From Vulcanimicrobiota bacterium (GTDB lineage Bacteria; Vulcanimicrobiota; Vulcanimicrobiia; Vulcanimicrobiales; Vulcanimicrobiaceae), in NCBI GenBank assembly GCA_963733295.1, contig CAVTCS010000003.1, positions 704,001 through 768,000 on the forward strand: a stretch of DNA of 64,000 nt, in the 5' to 3' direction. The first letter of the stretch is position 1. Every line of letters begins with the position of its first letter. Of the stretch, positions 54,667 to 64,000 are shown one piece after another. The position numbers and the translations under genes were made by a program. A model generated the notes under the pieces. That model was not told the origin of the DNA, did not search any database, and saw only the letters and a list, made by a program, of their open reading frames with translations.

Positions 54667-55887
54667 TTAGCGCGCTTCGCGTCGAATCGCGGGGAAGAGT
54701 GCGATCGCGAGCGCCATCGCGAGGTAACCGAGTCCCGAAATGACGATCGGCAGGCGCGCGCCGTAGCGGTCAGCCAGGATTCCGCCCACGATGGCGCCCG
54801 GGACCGTTCCGGCGAGCACGACGAGTCGCGATGCGCCGAACACCCGCCCGACGAGTTCCTGGGGTGTGATGCGCGTGCGCCAGCCGACGATTTGCGTGAC
54901 CTCCAAGAGGACGCACGCGTTGGTCAGCGAGAGGAAGAGGACCGCAACGGCGAGGTTATGCGTGAACGCGACCGGCATGAAGAACGCACCGTCGATGAGG
55001 TACGCCACAATCATGATGCGGCCGAATGGCCAGTTCGCCGGCAGACGTCCACCTAGGTACGAGCCGGCGAGCGCTCCGATCGCTCCGATGCCCAGCGCGT
55101 AACCTACGAGCGCGTCGCTCGCACCGAAGTCACGCTTGAGGAACGGGATGAAGACGGCGCCCGTCATCAGTCCGAAGAAGTTGAAAAACAAAGAGACGAG
55201 CGACATGGAGCGCAACGCAAGGTCGTTCCAGAGAAAGCGGAACCCGGTCGCGATGTCGGCGAGGACGTCACGCGGCGAAGGCAGTCCGCTCGGCTGGTCC
55301 GGGCCGAGCGAATCGGTAGCGGCTAGCGAGACCTGTGAGATCAGGTACGTTGCGGCGTTTATCGCTAGCGCCGGCAGCGGTCCGACGAGTGCGAAGAGCG
55401 CGCCGCCGACGGGGGGCAGGATCATCTGCGCCATCTGCTCGGCCGCGAGCAGCGCCGAGATCGCTTTCGTCGCGCGATGTTTTCCGATCAAGTACGGGAT
55501 CGTCGAGGCTTGACCGCCGACGAACACTGCGGCAGCGACGGAAATGACGGCGATGCCCGTATAGAGCATCCACAGCTTGAGAAACCCGAGGGCGTAGCCT
55601 GCAGCGAACAGCAACAGCACGGAAAACCGCACGAAGTCGCACCCGATCATCAAGCGTCTGCGATCGAGACGGTCGGCAAGCGACCCGCCGATCAAGCCGG
55701 CTAGCGCGAACGGCCCGAATTCGAGCGCGTAGGTGATGCCGGTCGAAAGCGCCGAGCCCGTGAGGTGATAGACGAGCAGCGGAATCGCGATGACGCGCAA
55801 GCCGTCGCCGACGTAGCTGAACGCCTGCCCCGCATAAAACAGGCTAAAACTTCGATTGGAAAAGACGCTTTCGACGCGTGTTGACAT
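54667..55887 (-). CDS. MFS transporter (DHA3/EntS-like)
   Basis: GSLADRLDRRR motif A, 12 TM. Confidence 0.9.
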   Translation of the reverse strand: MSTRVESVFSNRSFSLFYAGQAFSYVGDGLRVIAIPLLVYHLTGSALSTGITYALEFGPFALAGLIGGSLADRLDRRRLMIGCDFVRFSVLLLFAAGYALGFLKLWMLYTGIAVISVAAAVFVGGQASTIPYLIGKHRATKAISALLAAEQMAQMILPPVGGALFALVGPLPALAINAATYLISQVSLAATDSLGPDQPSGLPSPRDVLADIATGFRFLWNDLALRSMSLVSLFFNFFGLMTGAVFIPFLKRDFGASDALVGYALGIGAIGALAGSYLGGRLPANWPFGRIMIVAYLIDGAFFMPVAFTHNLAVAVLFLSLTNACVLLEVTQIVGWRTRITPQELVGRVFGASRLVVLAGTVPGAIVGGILADRYGARLPIVISGLGYLAMALAIALFPAIRREAR

Positions 55888-55976
55888 GAGAGAGCGACCC
55901 CGGATGACGTGAAAGGTGGTTTCGTCATGGGAAAATGCGCGCGCGGCGCAGCCCCGAGGGGCGCTACAATCTCATA

Positions 55977-56200
55977 GAGGTTAGTGTATCGCAGCTGTCA
56001 AGACGCTGCCGAACAACACGTTCGCCGGCGCACGCTGCGTGTGCGCACGCGTAGATCGCGTAACACGCGCGTCTTGCGTTCTCGGCAATCGTCGTCCATC
56101 GCGGGCACCCTTCGGCGTCTTGGAGCGCGGCGCTACGTTTCAGCGGACCTTTGCGCGTGTTGGGCTTCCCAGGCAACTAACCAAGCTATCAGTTGCCTGT
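55977..56200 (+). ncRNA. Candidate structured RNA or long leader, unclassified
   Basis: TACAAT at 55965-55970; nested complementarities 55979-55985/56176-56182 and 55999-56008/56113-56122. Confidence 0.35.
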
Positions 56201-56224
56201 TGTCGAGCGAGTGTTCATCGTGGT

Positions 56225-56812
56225 ATGAACGTTCATATGCAAGTGAATGAGATCGCGAGCGTCGCTCCGATCGAGCATCTGGAAACGCTTCAGGTGCTGG
56301 TGGACAGTCAGCGCCACCGCATCGCGACGTTGCTCATGGATCAGCCGATGACGGCCCGCGAGCTCGCGGAGCAGCTCGGCATCGCTCGCACCCGTCTCTA
56401 CTATCACCTGGATTTGCTGCAGCGCCACGGGATCATCCGCGTTGCCGAGACCCGGCTCGTGTCGGGAATCGAAGAGCGCACGTATCGGGCCGTGGCTCGG
56501 GCGTTCCGCGTAGATCGGACCCTGCTCGCGGCGGAGGCGTCGGAGCCGCAGATCGCCGATGCGCAGGCGTCCTTCCTGGACGCGATGGCGAGCGATCTTC
56601 GCGCGCGAGCGGAACTCGGGGCAGCGACGAAGCGCGTCGATGATGCCGATGTGCTCGTCGCGCGCACGTTCCTGTGCCTAAACGACGAGAATCGTCGCGA
56701 GCTGCGCGAACGGCTGACCGCGCTTATTCATGAATACCACAGCGCCGACCCCGGGGGCCGCGAAACCGAACTCGGCCTCGCGCTCTTCACGACGGAGCGC
56801 GACGGACGATGA
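56225..56812 (+). CDS. ArsR-like winged-helix regulator
   Basis: PMTARELAEQLGIARTRLYYHLDLL..HGII; start 56225 or 56237. Confidence 0.85.
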   Translation: MNVHMQVNEIASVAPIEHLETLQVLVDSQRHRIATLLMDQPMTARELAEQLGIARTRLYYHLDLLQRHGIIRVAETRLVSGIEERTYRAVARAFRVDRTLLAAEASEPQIADAQASFLDAMASDLRARAELGAATKRVDDADVLVARTFLCLNDENRRELRERLTALIHEYHSADPGGRETELGLALFTTERDGR

Positions 56813-58410
56813 TCGTTCGGGCGGTCGTCATCGCAATGCTTTTGACGGCATTGGCTCCGCCGCAATCTTCGCCGCCCGCTCCACGCTTCGTCGTCTTGCA
56901 CCTTCGCACCGACGTCTACGGTGTTGCGGGAACGGGCACGATCGCGATCGATCGAACGACCGGCCGCTTCGCGCGGAACTTCTTCGCGGGCCCGGCGTCG
57001 GAGGGTGAGGGCTGGGACGGCGAGCGCGCCTGGCGCGCCGACGCGACGGGCATGGGCCGGATCCAAGGAAACGCCGGCGAACGTGCTGAGATCCTCGGCT
57101 GGTCGGCAGCGCTCGTTCGTTCGCTGAGTTCATCGCCGGCGCGCGTCGTTGTCAGCAGCGGCAGAGACCACGAGGCGCTGTCGTTCGACCGTTACCAAGC
57201 GCGCGACGGTCTGAGCGTGCCGGGCCGGATTGTCTCGCAGTCGAGCCAAAACGGCGTTTGGACGGCGGTCGTTCAGCGAATAGAAACGCCAAGTTCGCTC
57301 CCACCACAAGCGTTCGATGCGGCACCGGCGCCGCGGGACTCCGAGCTCGCGAGCGTCACGCGCATTCCCGTATCGATGGCAGGTGGGTCGCCGCAACTCG
57401 ACGTCAGCGTAAACGGCGTGCGCCTAAGCTTTCTGCTCGACACGGGCGGCCAAAACGTCATTACGACACACGCTGCCGCGTTAGCCGGCCTTCATCCGGT
57501 TGGCCACGGCATCGTTCGCGGCGGCGGCGGAGGCACCGTGCCGATTCAGTACGCCTTCGCGCAATCGGTTCGGGTCGGCAGCGCCGAGCTGCGTCATCAG
57601 CCCTTCATCGTGCTTCCGACGGGCTCGTTCGGGGCCGACGGCATCGTCGGCTACGAACTGCTGGCTCGATTCGGTGCGCGCCTCGACATGACACACGGAA
57701 CGCTCGACCTCGCCCCGCGTGCGAGCACCTTCGGCCCGAGCGTCGAGCCCGTGCCGTTCCAATACTTCGACCGGCAGCCTCAGGTGAGCGGATCGCTCGA
57801 TGCGATCGACGGTCCGTTCACCATCGACACGGGCAGCAGCTTAACCGCCCAAGTGCAAGCCGGCGTCGTGCGTGCGCACAACCTCGTATCGTCGTTGCAC
57901 GCGACGGTAGCGACGTACGCTCAGGACGTCGGAGGCCGTTATCCGATCTACCTCGTCCGCGCCGGCGAGTTGAAGCTGGGCCCGGCGAGCGTTCGCGATC
58001 CGCTTCTCGACTTGCTGACTCGTATCGATGCCTCGGACGATCCGGCGATCGTCGCCAACGTCGGAGACGGACTTCTCCGCCGCTGGATAATCGTCTTTGA
58101 CTATCCGCACCAGATCCTCGATCTGCGACCTGGTGGAGACCCGTCGGGAAACGTTATCCACGATCGTTCCGGGATGCTGCTTCGGACGCAAGTGAACGCG
58201 TTGCTCGTGGCACTCGTGCTCAATGGTACGCCGGCGTCCGAGGCCGGCATCGCCGCCGGCGAACAGATCAACGCGGTTGACGGGCGTCCGGTTGCCGCAC
58301 GGGATCTCACCACTGTTCGCGACCTGCTACGCGGTACGCCGGGGACGCACGTTCGAGTACTTCTCGGGAACGGCTCGACGTACGCTTTCGTCCTGCGACG
58401 TTATCTCTAG
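56809..58410 (+). CDS. Secreted double retropepsin-like aspartyl protease with PDZ domain
   Basis: FLLDTGG and TIDTGS, DGIVG/NVG, C-terminal PDZ (GTPASEAGI). Confidence 0.85.
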   Translation: MIVRAVVIAMLLTALAPPQSSPPAPRFVVLHLRTDVYGVAGTGTIAIDRTTGRFARNFFAGPASEGEGWDGERAWRADATGMGRIQGNAGERAEILGWSAALVRSLSSSPARVVVSSGRDHEALSFDRYQARDGLSVPGRIVSQSSQNGVWTAVVQRIETPSSLPPQAFDAAPAPRDSELASVTRIPVSMAGGSPQLDVSVNGVRLSFLLDTGGQNVITTHAAALAGLHPVGHGIVRGGGGGTVPIQYAFAQSVRVGSAELRHQPFIVLPTGSFGADGIVGYELLARFGARLDMTHGTLDLAPRASTFGPSVEPVPFQYFDRQPQVSGSLDAIDGPFTIDTGSSLTAQVQAGVVRAHNLVSSLHATVATYAQDVGGRYPIYLVRAGELKLGPASVRDPLLDLLTRIDASDDPAIVANVGDGLLRRWIIVFDYPHQILDLRPGGDPSGNVIHDRSGMLLRTQVNALLVALVLNGTPASEAGIAAGEQINAVDGRPVAARDLTTVRDLLRGTPGTHVRVLLGNGSTYAFVLRRYL

Positions 58411-58510
58411 CCTAGAGATCAGCCGAGCGCGTGATGAGGCGCGATGGGGCCGCGCGGCGCGAGGCAGGAGGGGAGCCGGACGGCAAAACGAACCCAGGTC
58501 CCTGCCCTTG

Positions 58511-58586
58511 TCCCGAATAGCTCAGTTGGTAGAGCAGCTGACTGTTAATCAGCGGGTCGTTGGTTCGAGTCCAACTTCGGGAGCCA
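58511..58586 (+). tRNA. tRNA-Asn (GTT)
   Basis: TCCCGAA...AGCTCAGTTGGTAGAGC...CTGTTAA...GTTCGAGTC...TTCGGGAGCCA. Confidence 0.97.
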
Positions 58587-58773
58587 TTTCAATCTCTCAA
58601 AGCCCTAGAAGTGCCTTGGCCCGTCTCCAGTGACGACTTGGCGCCGCCCCGCTTCGACGGTGAAGGCGAGGTGTTCGAACAGGTCACGCGCATGACCGAT
58701 GCTCGGACTCAGCATGTACGAATACGAAAGAATCAGAATCACTGGATGAGCACTGTGTTGAGAGGGGTCGTCA

Positions 58774-59220
58774 ATGAGCGGCGTGCAAATCGAACGGAAA
58801 AGCTATGAGATGCCCCCGCGCGACGGGTTCACCGTCACGCATTTTATCACCGTCGCCGACATCGACCGATCGGCCGATTTCTATGGAAGGATCTTCGGCG
58901 GCCGCATTCTGAGCAGAGGCGATAGCAAGGGTTCGTCTGGGCACATTCAGATCGCGAATACGTGGCTCATTGTCAACGTCGGGGGCGGGCCCACCCCGGA
59001 CAAGCCGACAGTAACGCTCAGCGTCCCCGCCGACCCGGATAAGATCAGCAGCTTTTTGAATATCCGCGTTGCGGACATTCAAGCGTGCTACGAATTATGG
59101 AAAAGTCGAGGAGCCGAGTTCCTCACGGGACCGATTGCCAAGTACGGCGAGATTCGCTGCTACATCCGCGATCCTGACGGTTATATTATCGAGGTCGGGC
59201 AGAGCACCGATCTCACGTAG
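58774..59220 (+). CDS. VOC/glyoxalase family protein
   Basis: VADIDRSADFY, RDPDGYIIEV. Confidence 0.88.
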   Translation: MSGVQIERKSYEMPPRDGFTVTHFITVADIDRSADFYGRIFGGRILSRGDSKGSSGHIQIANTWLIVNVGGGPTPDKPTVTLSVPADPDKISSFLNIRVADIQACYELWKSRGAEFLTGPIAKYGEIRCYIRDPDGYIIEVGQSTDLT

Positions 59221-59429
59221 GGTTAACGCTCGGCCCGGAGGGGGACTTTGACGCCCGCAGCCGAGTTCGCAAGACGCCGCGCGAGTTGCTACCTGACCAG
59301 CGGTTCGACATCGAACGATTTCTGGTCTGACGCCCTCGTTCGAGAATCTGACGGAAGACGCGAAGAGCAAGCGGTGTTCTCAGCTGGACCAGACCCATCG
59401 CCTTTGGGTCGAACCTTGAGCGAGGAGGC

Positions 59430-60281
59430 GTGAGCGCGATGCTGAGCTGGCAAGTGGGCCGGGTGAAGATCACCCGCATCGTCGAGATGGATTTGCCGGT
59501 GCCGCTCATGGCCATGCCGCAGGCCACGTCCGCGGAGCTGCGCAAGTCGGCGTGGCTTTATCCGCACTTCGTCGGCGAGGACGACACCCTGAAGCTCAGC
59601 ATCCACGCGCTGCTGCTCGAGGCGCCGGGGCTGAAGCTGGTCGTCGACACCTGCATCGGCAACGACAGGCCGCGCGAGATCACCGGCGGTGAGCCGTTGG
59701 CGACGCCTTTCCTGCAACATCTTGGCGAGGCGGGCTGGTCGCGCGACGGAGTCGACGCCGTGGTGTGCACGCACCTGCACGTCGACCACGTCGGCTGGAA
59801 CACGATGTTCGAGAACGGCAAGTGGGTGCCGACCTTCCCGAAGGCGCGCTACCTCATCAGTCGGCGCGAGTACGACTTCTGGAGCGCTCACGATGACGAG
59901 GAGCAGCAGGCGATGCTCGGCGATAGCGTCGAGCCTATCTTCGACGCCGGCCTCGTGCAGCTAGTGGAGCTGGACCATACGATCTCGCCGGAGATCCGGC
60001 TCACGCCCTCCATCGGCCACACGCCGGGCCACGTCAGCGTGATGATCGAGTCCGAGGGCGAGCGGGCGGTGATCACCGGCGACATGACCCACCATCCTTG
60101 TCAGCTGGCGCACCCCGACTGGTCGCTCGGCGACAACGACTCGAATGCCGCCGCCCTCACCCGCTCGCGCCTCTTCGCGGAATGGGCCGACCAGACGATC
60201 CTCGTCATCGGCACCCACTTCGCCGCTCCCACCGCCGGCTACGTCGTCCGCGACGGCGCAGCATTCAAGTTTGCGGTGTAA
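59430..60281 (+). CDS. MBL-fold metallohydrolase
   Basis: THLHVDHVG, GHTPGH, GD, H. Confidence 0.9.
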   Translation: MSAMLSWQVGRVKITRIVEMDLPVPLMAMPQATSAELRKSAWLYPHFVGEDDTLKLSIHALLLEAPGLKLVVDTCIGNDRPREITGGEPLATPFLQHLGEAGWSRDGVDAVVCTHLHVDHVGWNTMFENGKWVPTFPKARYLISRREYDFWSAHDDEEQQAMLGDSVEPIFDAGLVQLVELDHTISPEIRLTPSIGHTPGHVSVMIESEGERAVITGDMTHHPCQLAHPDWSLGDNDSNAAALTRSRLFAEWADQTILVIGTHFAAPTAGYVVRDGAAFKFAV

Positions 60282-60338
60282 GGGCGGCGAGCCCCACTCC
60301 CGCCGCTGTGGTCGCGGTGGGTTTGTTCGTAGCGGCCT

Positions 60339-63300
60339 CTAAACGAGGAGCGCTTCGGCAAGTCCGCGGCTCTCGTCCCAGCGGTTACCCTCGTGGACGA
60401 GCTCGGTCAACCGTTCGTCGCCGAGGGCGTCGCGGAGCGCACCGATCGCTTTGTCGTATTCTTGCTGCTCGGTGTACTCGCGCGTGGAGCCCAGTGACGC
60501 GAGACGTGTGTCGGTGTAGCCGAAGAGCCGCGCTGCTCGAAGGCTGTCCTCCTGGCCTCCGCGCGCGCTGCTGGGCGGACGCTGCGCGGCGGCTGCGGCG
60601 AGATGCTGCACCGCAATCGCGATGAGTACGTCGTGCTGAATGTCGCGCCCAAGCTCGAGCGCTTCCCGGGCATGGCTCCGCGCTTCCTCGTACCGCCCCA
60701 AGGCGATGAGATAGGCTGCCGTATTCGAGAGGGAGACGACGACGTTGAGGATCGTCGAATCCTTGAAGCGACGGAACGCCGCCGTCGCTTGTGCGGCAGT
60801 GCGCACCGCCGCCGCGGCGTCGCCTGCAAGGAACTCCACTTCAGCAAGGTTGCTCGCCACGATCGCCTCGAGCATCGTGTGGCCGCAGGCTCTCGTGATG
60901 GCCAGCGACTCCGCTAAGCGGGCGCGAGCTTCGGGGGTGTCATTCCGGAAGAGACTCGCCGTTGCCAGTTGGGACAGCGTCTCCGCGGTGAGCTTCCGGG
61001 CGCCCATGCGACGCGCCGTCGCGAGCGCTTCGTCCCAAACCCTTTCCCCTTCGGCGGTTTCTCCGAGTAAGGCGAGAGACCGCCCCATATCGGATTGCGT
61101 TTGAGCGACGAGCAGGGGTTCGTCGAGATTGCGGTAGCGCGCGAGAGCCCGCTCCGCGGCGTCGCGGGCCGCGCCGTATTCGCCCAGCCACGAACGAAAA
61201 CGTACCTCGATCGTATCGAGGCGCGCGGCAACGGCAGCCGGCGTCAATGCATTGGCGCTGGCTTGCGCGGTTTGGACCCAGCGCAGCGCCGTTCGGAACC
61301 CGAACGGGCGTAGCGCGCCGCCGAGCGCGGCGACGAGACGCTGACCGAGGACGACGTCGTGCTCCGCATCGAACGCCCAGTCGAGCGTCGCGCGCCAACT
61401 GCTCTTCTCGCCATCCATCTGGGCGAACCACGTCTGGTCCGGCGTCGAGTCGTATGTCGCGTCGAAACGCTCGGCCATCCGCAAGCACGCGCGCGCGTAA
61501 GCCGCCGCTGCATACGCCTTTTCGCCGCTTTGCTCGAGCTTCTCCGCGGCGTAGGCGTGAGTCGATTCGAGCATGCGGTAGCGCGTACCGTTCGGGTCGG
61601 GCTCGGTTTGAACGAGCGACTTGTCGACGAGGGACGCCAGCAGGTCGATGACGCTGAATTCATCGTTCGCGTCGTCGCTGCAAACGGCGCTGGCGAGCTC
61701 CAGGTTGAAGCTGCCGGGAAAGATCGCGAGTCTGCGGAAGATGCGCTGCTCGTCCTCGTCGAGAAGGTCGTGACTCCAGTCGATGAGCGCGCGCATCGTC
61801 TGATGCCGGGGAAGCGCGCGCCGGTCTCCGCCGGTTAGGACGCGAAATCGCTCGTGCAGCCTCAGCGCGAGCTCGCGCGGCGAGAGAACTCTCACGCGCG
61901 CGGCTGCCAGTTCTATGGCGAGCGGTATGCCGTCGAGTCTCCGGCAGATCTCGACGGCATCCGGTGCGTTCTCGTCGGTCAGCGAGAAACGGGCGTCCGC
62001 TGCACGGGCTCGATCGGCGAAAAGCACGAGCGCGCTATACCTCGCCGCTTCGCTCGCGGAGATGCTCGTCTCGGGTGCCGGCACGGCGAGCGAGGGAATG
62101 CGATAGACGCGCTCGCCCGTGACGTTGAGGTTTTCGCGACTCGTGCAGAGGATGCGAACTTCGGGACAGCCGCGCAAGATGTGCGTCACGGCTGCGCGTA
62201 CTTCGACGATCACGTGCTCGCAGTTATCGAGAATCAGCAGCAGCCGTTTGCGTTTGAGATTTGCGACGAGCGCGTCCTCGAGCGAGGAGCTGCCTTCCTC
62301 GATGCTCAGCGTACTTGCGATCTCGCCGAGCACGAGTTTCGCGTCCCCGATCGGAGCAAGCTCGACGCGCCAGACGCCATCACCGCTTCCCCGCAGGAGA
62401 TCGGTTCCGACCTCGAGCGCGCAGCGCGTCTTCCCGGCTCCGCCGGCCCCCGCGAGCGTGACCAGCCGATGCCGATGCAAGAGTTCCTCGATGCTGGCGA
62501 CGTCGTCCTCGCGTCCGACGAACGAAGTGAACTGAGTCGGAAGATTGTTCGGTACGGCTTTGGGCGCACGTTCGGGGGCATGCTCTTGGAAACTAGGCGC
62601 ATCGGTCCCGGCCGAGGGTTCGAGAGGTCCGTCTCGCGCAAGGGCCGCTTGCGCTTCGGTTAAGAGTGCGGTGGTGCGCGGCTCGGGTGAGGCGTCAAGC
62701 TCGCGTTGCAAGATCTCCGCACAGGCATGGTACTGCCGAATTGCGGCCGCGTACCGGCGCGCGTCGATATGCGCGCGCATGAGCCGCCGATGCGCCTCTT
62801 CGCTGGTTGGATCGAGTTCGAGCGCGCGGAGAAGCGTCGCGCCCGCGGTATCGGGCGCGAGCTCCGCGAGTCGCAGGGCGACGCGCAGCGCGGTTTCGTG
62901 TAGCTGCCGCCGTAGTCGCTCCAGCCATTCTTCGAATGGTTCCTCGTTCAAACTCAAGCCGTCGAGGAAGGGACCGCGATAAAGCCGGAGTGCGGTTTCG
63001 AGTTGCGGCGCGTCGTCGTTCTTGCTCAATTCCTCGAATGCGGCGACGTCGACCTCGACCGCGTCGGCAGCGATGCTCACCGTCTCCCGTTCGGATTGCA
63101 AGAGATCCGCCCGCGTGTCGAAGGAGCGACGCAACGAAGCAAGCGCTTGGCGCAGGCTATGCCGGGCTGCTTGCTCGTCGTGCTCGCCCCAAAACATAGC
63201 GGCCAAGCGCTCGCGCTCGTGCGCTTCGCCAGGCCTCCGCGCGAGGAAGGCCAGCAGCGCCTCGCCTTTGCGCGTCTCGAGCTTCGCTTGGCCGCCGCCC

Positions 63301-63359
63301 GGCAGCCAGGCTTCGAACGCTCCGAACAGCTTGAGGCGCACGGGCGTCATTCGGGTCAT
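60339..63359 (-). CDS. AfsR/SARP-like regulator: wHTH-BTAD + STAND ATPase + TPR
   Basis: LKLFGAF..., LYRGPFL, DPTSEEAHRRLM, GAGGAGKT, LDNCEH. Confidence 0.92.
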   Translation of the reverse strand: MTRMTPVRLKLFGAFEAWLPGGGQAKLETRKGEALLAFLARRPGEAHERERLAAMFWGEHDEQAARHSLRQALASLRRSFDTRADLLQSERETVSIAADAVEVDVAAFEELSKNDDAPQLETALRLYRGPFLDGLSLNEEPFEEWLERLRRQLHETALRVALRLAELAPDTAGATLLRALELDPTSEEAHRRLMRAHIDARRYAAAIRQYHACAEILQRELDASPEPRTTALLTEAQAALARDGPLEPSAGTDAPSFQEHAPERAPKAVPNNLPTQFTSFVGREDDVASIEELLHRHRLVTLAGAGGAGKTRCALEVGTDLLRGSGDGVWRVELAPIGDAKLVLGEIASTLSIEEGSSSLEDALVANLKRKRLLLILDNCEHVIVEVRAAVTHILRGCPEVRILCTSRENLNVTGERVYRIPSLAVPAPETSISASEAARYSALVLFADRARAADARFSLTDENAPDAVEICRRLDGIPLAIELAAARVRVLSPRELALRLHERFRVLTGGDRRALPRHQTMRALIDWSHDLLDEDEQRIFRRLAIFPGSFNLELASAVCSDDANDEFSVIDLLASLVDKSLVQTEPDPNGTRYRMLESTHAYAAEKLEQSGEKAYAAAAYARACLRMAERFDATYDSTPDQTWFAQMDGEKSSWRATLDWAFDAEHDVVLGQRLVAALGGALRPFGFRTALRWVQTAQASANALTPAAVAARLDTIEVRFRSWLGEYGAARDAAERALARYRNLDEPLLVAQTQSDMGRSLALLGETAEGERVWDEALATARRMGARKLTAETLSQLATASLFRNDTPEARARLAESLAITRACGHTMLEAIVASNLAEVEFLAGDAAAAVRTAAQATAAFRRFKDSTILNVVVSLSNTAAYLIALGRYEEARSHAREALELGRDIQHDVLIAIAVQHLAAAAAQRPPSSARGGQEDSLRAARLFGYTDTRLASLGSTREYTEQQEYDKAIGALRDALGDERLTELVHEGNRWDESRGLAEALLV

Positions 63360-63377
63360 TTTCCGGCTTTTGGCGTT

Positions 63378-63421
63378 TTGACGCTCTCTTTGACGGCCAG
63401 TTGACGGCGGATCGCTACGCT
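63378..63421 (+). promoter_or_regulatory. SARP-type direct repeats and -10 box
   Basis: TTGACG at 63378, 63390, 63401; last heptamer 8 nt before TACGCT. Confidence 0.6.
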
Positions 63422-63466
63422 CTTCTTCGTGGAGCCTTTCCTTGGCTCCTAAGGAGACCGTGGAGC

Positions 63467-64000
63467 ATGACGACGGCAGAGGCGCCGGGCATCGACGAAA
63501 CCAAACTTCACGCGTTCGTCGGCAAAGCGCTCACAGACATGGGCGCGGCGATGAGCGCGTCGCTCACGGTCATCGGCGACAAGCTCGGCCTCTACAAAGC
63601 GCTCCACGAGTATGGTCCATTGAACTCGCCCGAACTGGCGGAACGCACCGGCACCCACGAGCGCTACGTGCGCGAGTGGCTGGCTGCGCAAGCCGCCGGC
63701 GGTTACGTCGAGTACGATCCGGAAACGCGCAGGTTCACGCTGCCGCCGGAGCAGGCACTCATGCTCGCAGACGAGACGAGCCCGCTGTACGTTCAAGGTG
63801 CGTTCCAGGTCATCGAAGCCGCGATCGCAGACGAGCCGCACATCGCCGACGCGTTCAAGACGGGCCGCGGCTTCGGCTGGCACGAACGCGACGCGCGCTT
63901 ATTCGAAGGCACCGAGCGTTTCTTCCAGCCCGGTTACAACGCGCACCTCATCGCCGAATGGATTCCGGCGCTCGGCGATGTCGACGCCAAGCTGCGCGCG
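63467..64000 (+). CDS. Class I SAM-dependent methyltransferase with N-terminal wHTH (Rv2258c-like), partial
   Basis: IGDKLGLYKAL, THERYVREWLAAQAAGGYV, FTLPPE, FKTGRGFGW; SD AAGGAG; runs off window. Confidence 0.85.
   Translation, partial: MTTAEAPGIDETKLHAFVGKALTDMGAAMSASLTVIGDKLGLYKALHEYGPLNSPELAERTGTHERYVREWLAAQAAGGYVEYDPETRRFTLPPEQALMLADETSPLYVQGAFQVIEAAIADEPHIADAFKTGRGFGWHERDARLFEGTERFFQPGYNAHLIAEWIPALGDVDAKLRA

Overview
A GC-rich bacterial chromosome segment. TonB, a TonB-dependent receptor and RseB/MucB indicate a diderm envelope, while hrcA-dnaJ-rsmE and ftsB-S1 gene orders look Terrabacteria-like; this mix suggests Vulcanimicrobiota/Eremiobacterota, which is inference only. Bases 1-12.2 kb form an accessory island at the 3' end of tRNA-fMet. 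It carries an arsR-arsI-aquaporin-arsN operon, secreted hypotheticals, decayed genes, a LuxR-STAND regulator, TonB and an integrase remnant. The core region holds add, a DtxR-family regulator, rhomboid, DinG, DUF2252, acs, hrcA-dnaJ-rsmE-GT2-accD-accA-ftsB-S1-rpiR-ppx, etfBA, an ECF/anti-sigma/RseB module, an NRAMP-like transporter, a TonB-dependent receptor, PHP, Fur, P450, ahcY-metK, an MFS transporter, tRNA-Leu and tRNA-Asn. Best candidate for a new system: a His-bearing membrane protein ending in an RAPP ribosome-arrest motif directly upstream of the TonB-dependent receptor, whose Ala-Pro-Pro codons are 9/10 complementary to the receptor's Shine-Dalgarno region. Other leads are an atypical NRAMP with tandem DtxR-type boxes, a SARP-type promoter next to a BTAD-STAND regulator, a structured ~200-nt RNA candidate, and coupled CTG/ATT start codons. 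Frameshifts at 23.9-26.2 kb, 50.5 kb and 52.6 kb look like sequencing errors.
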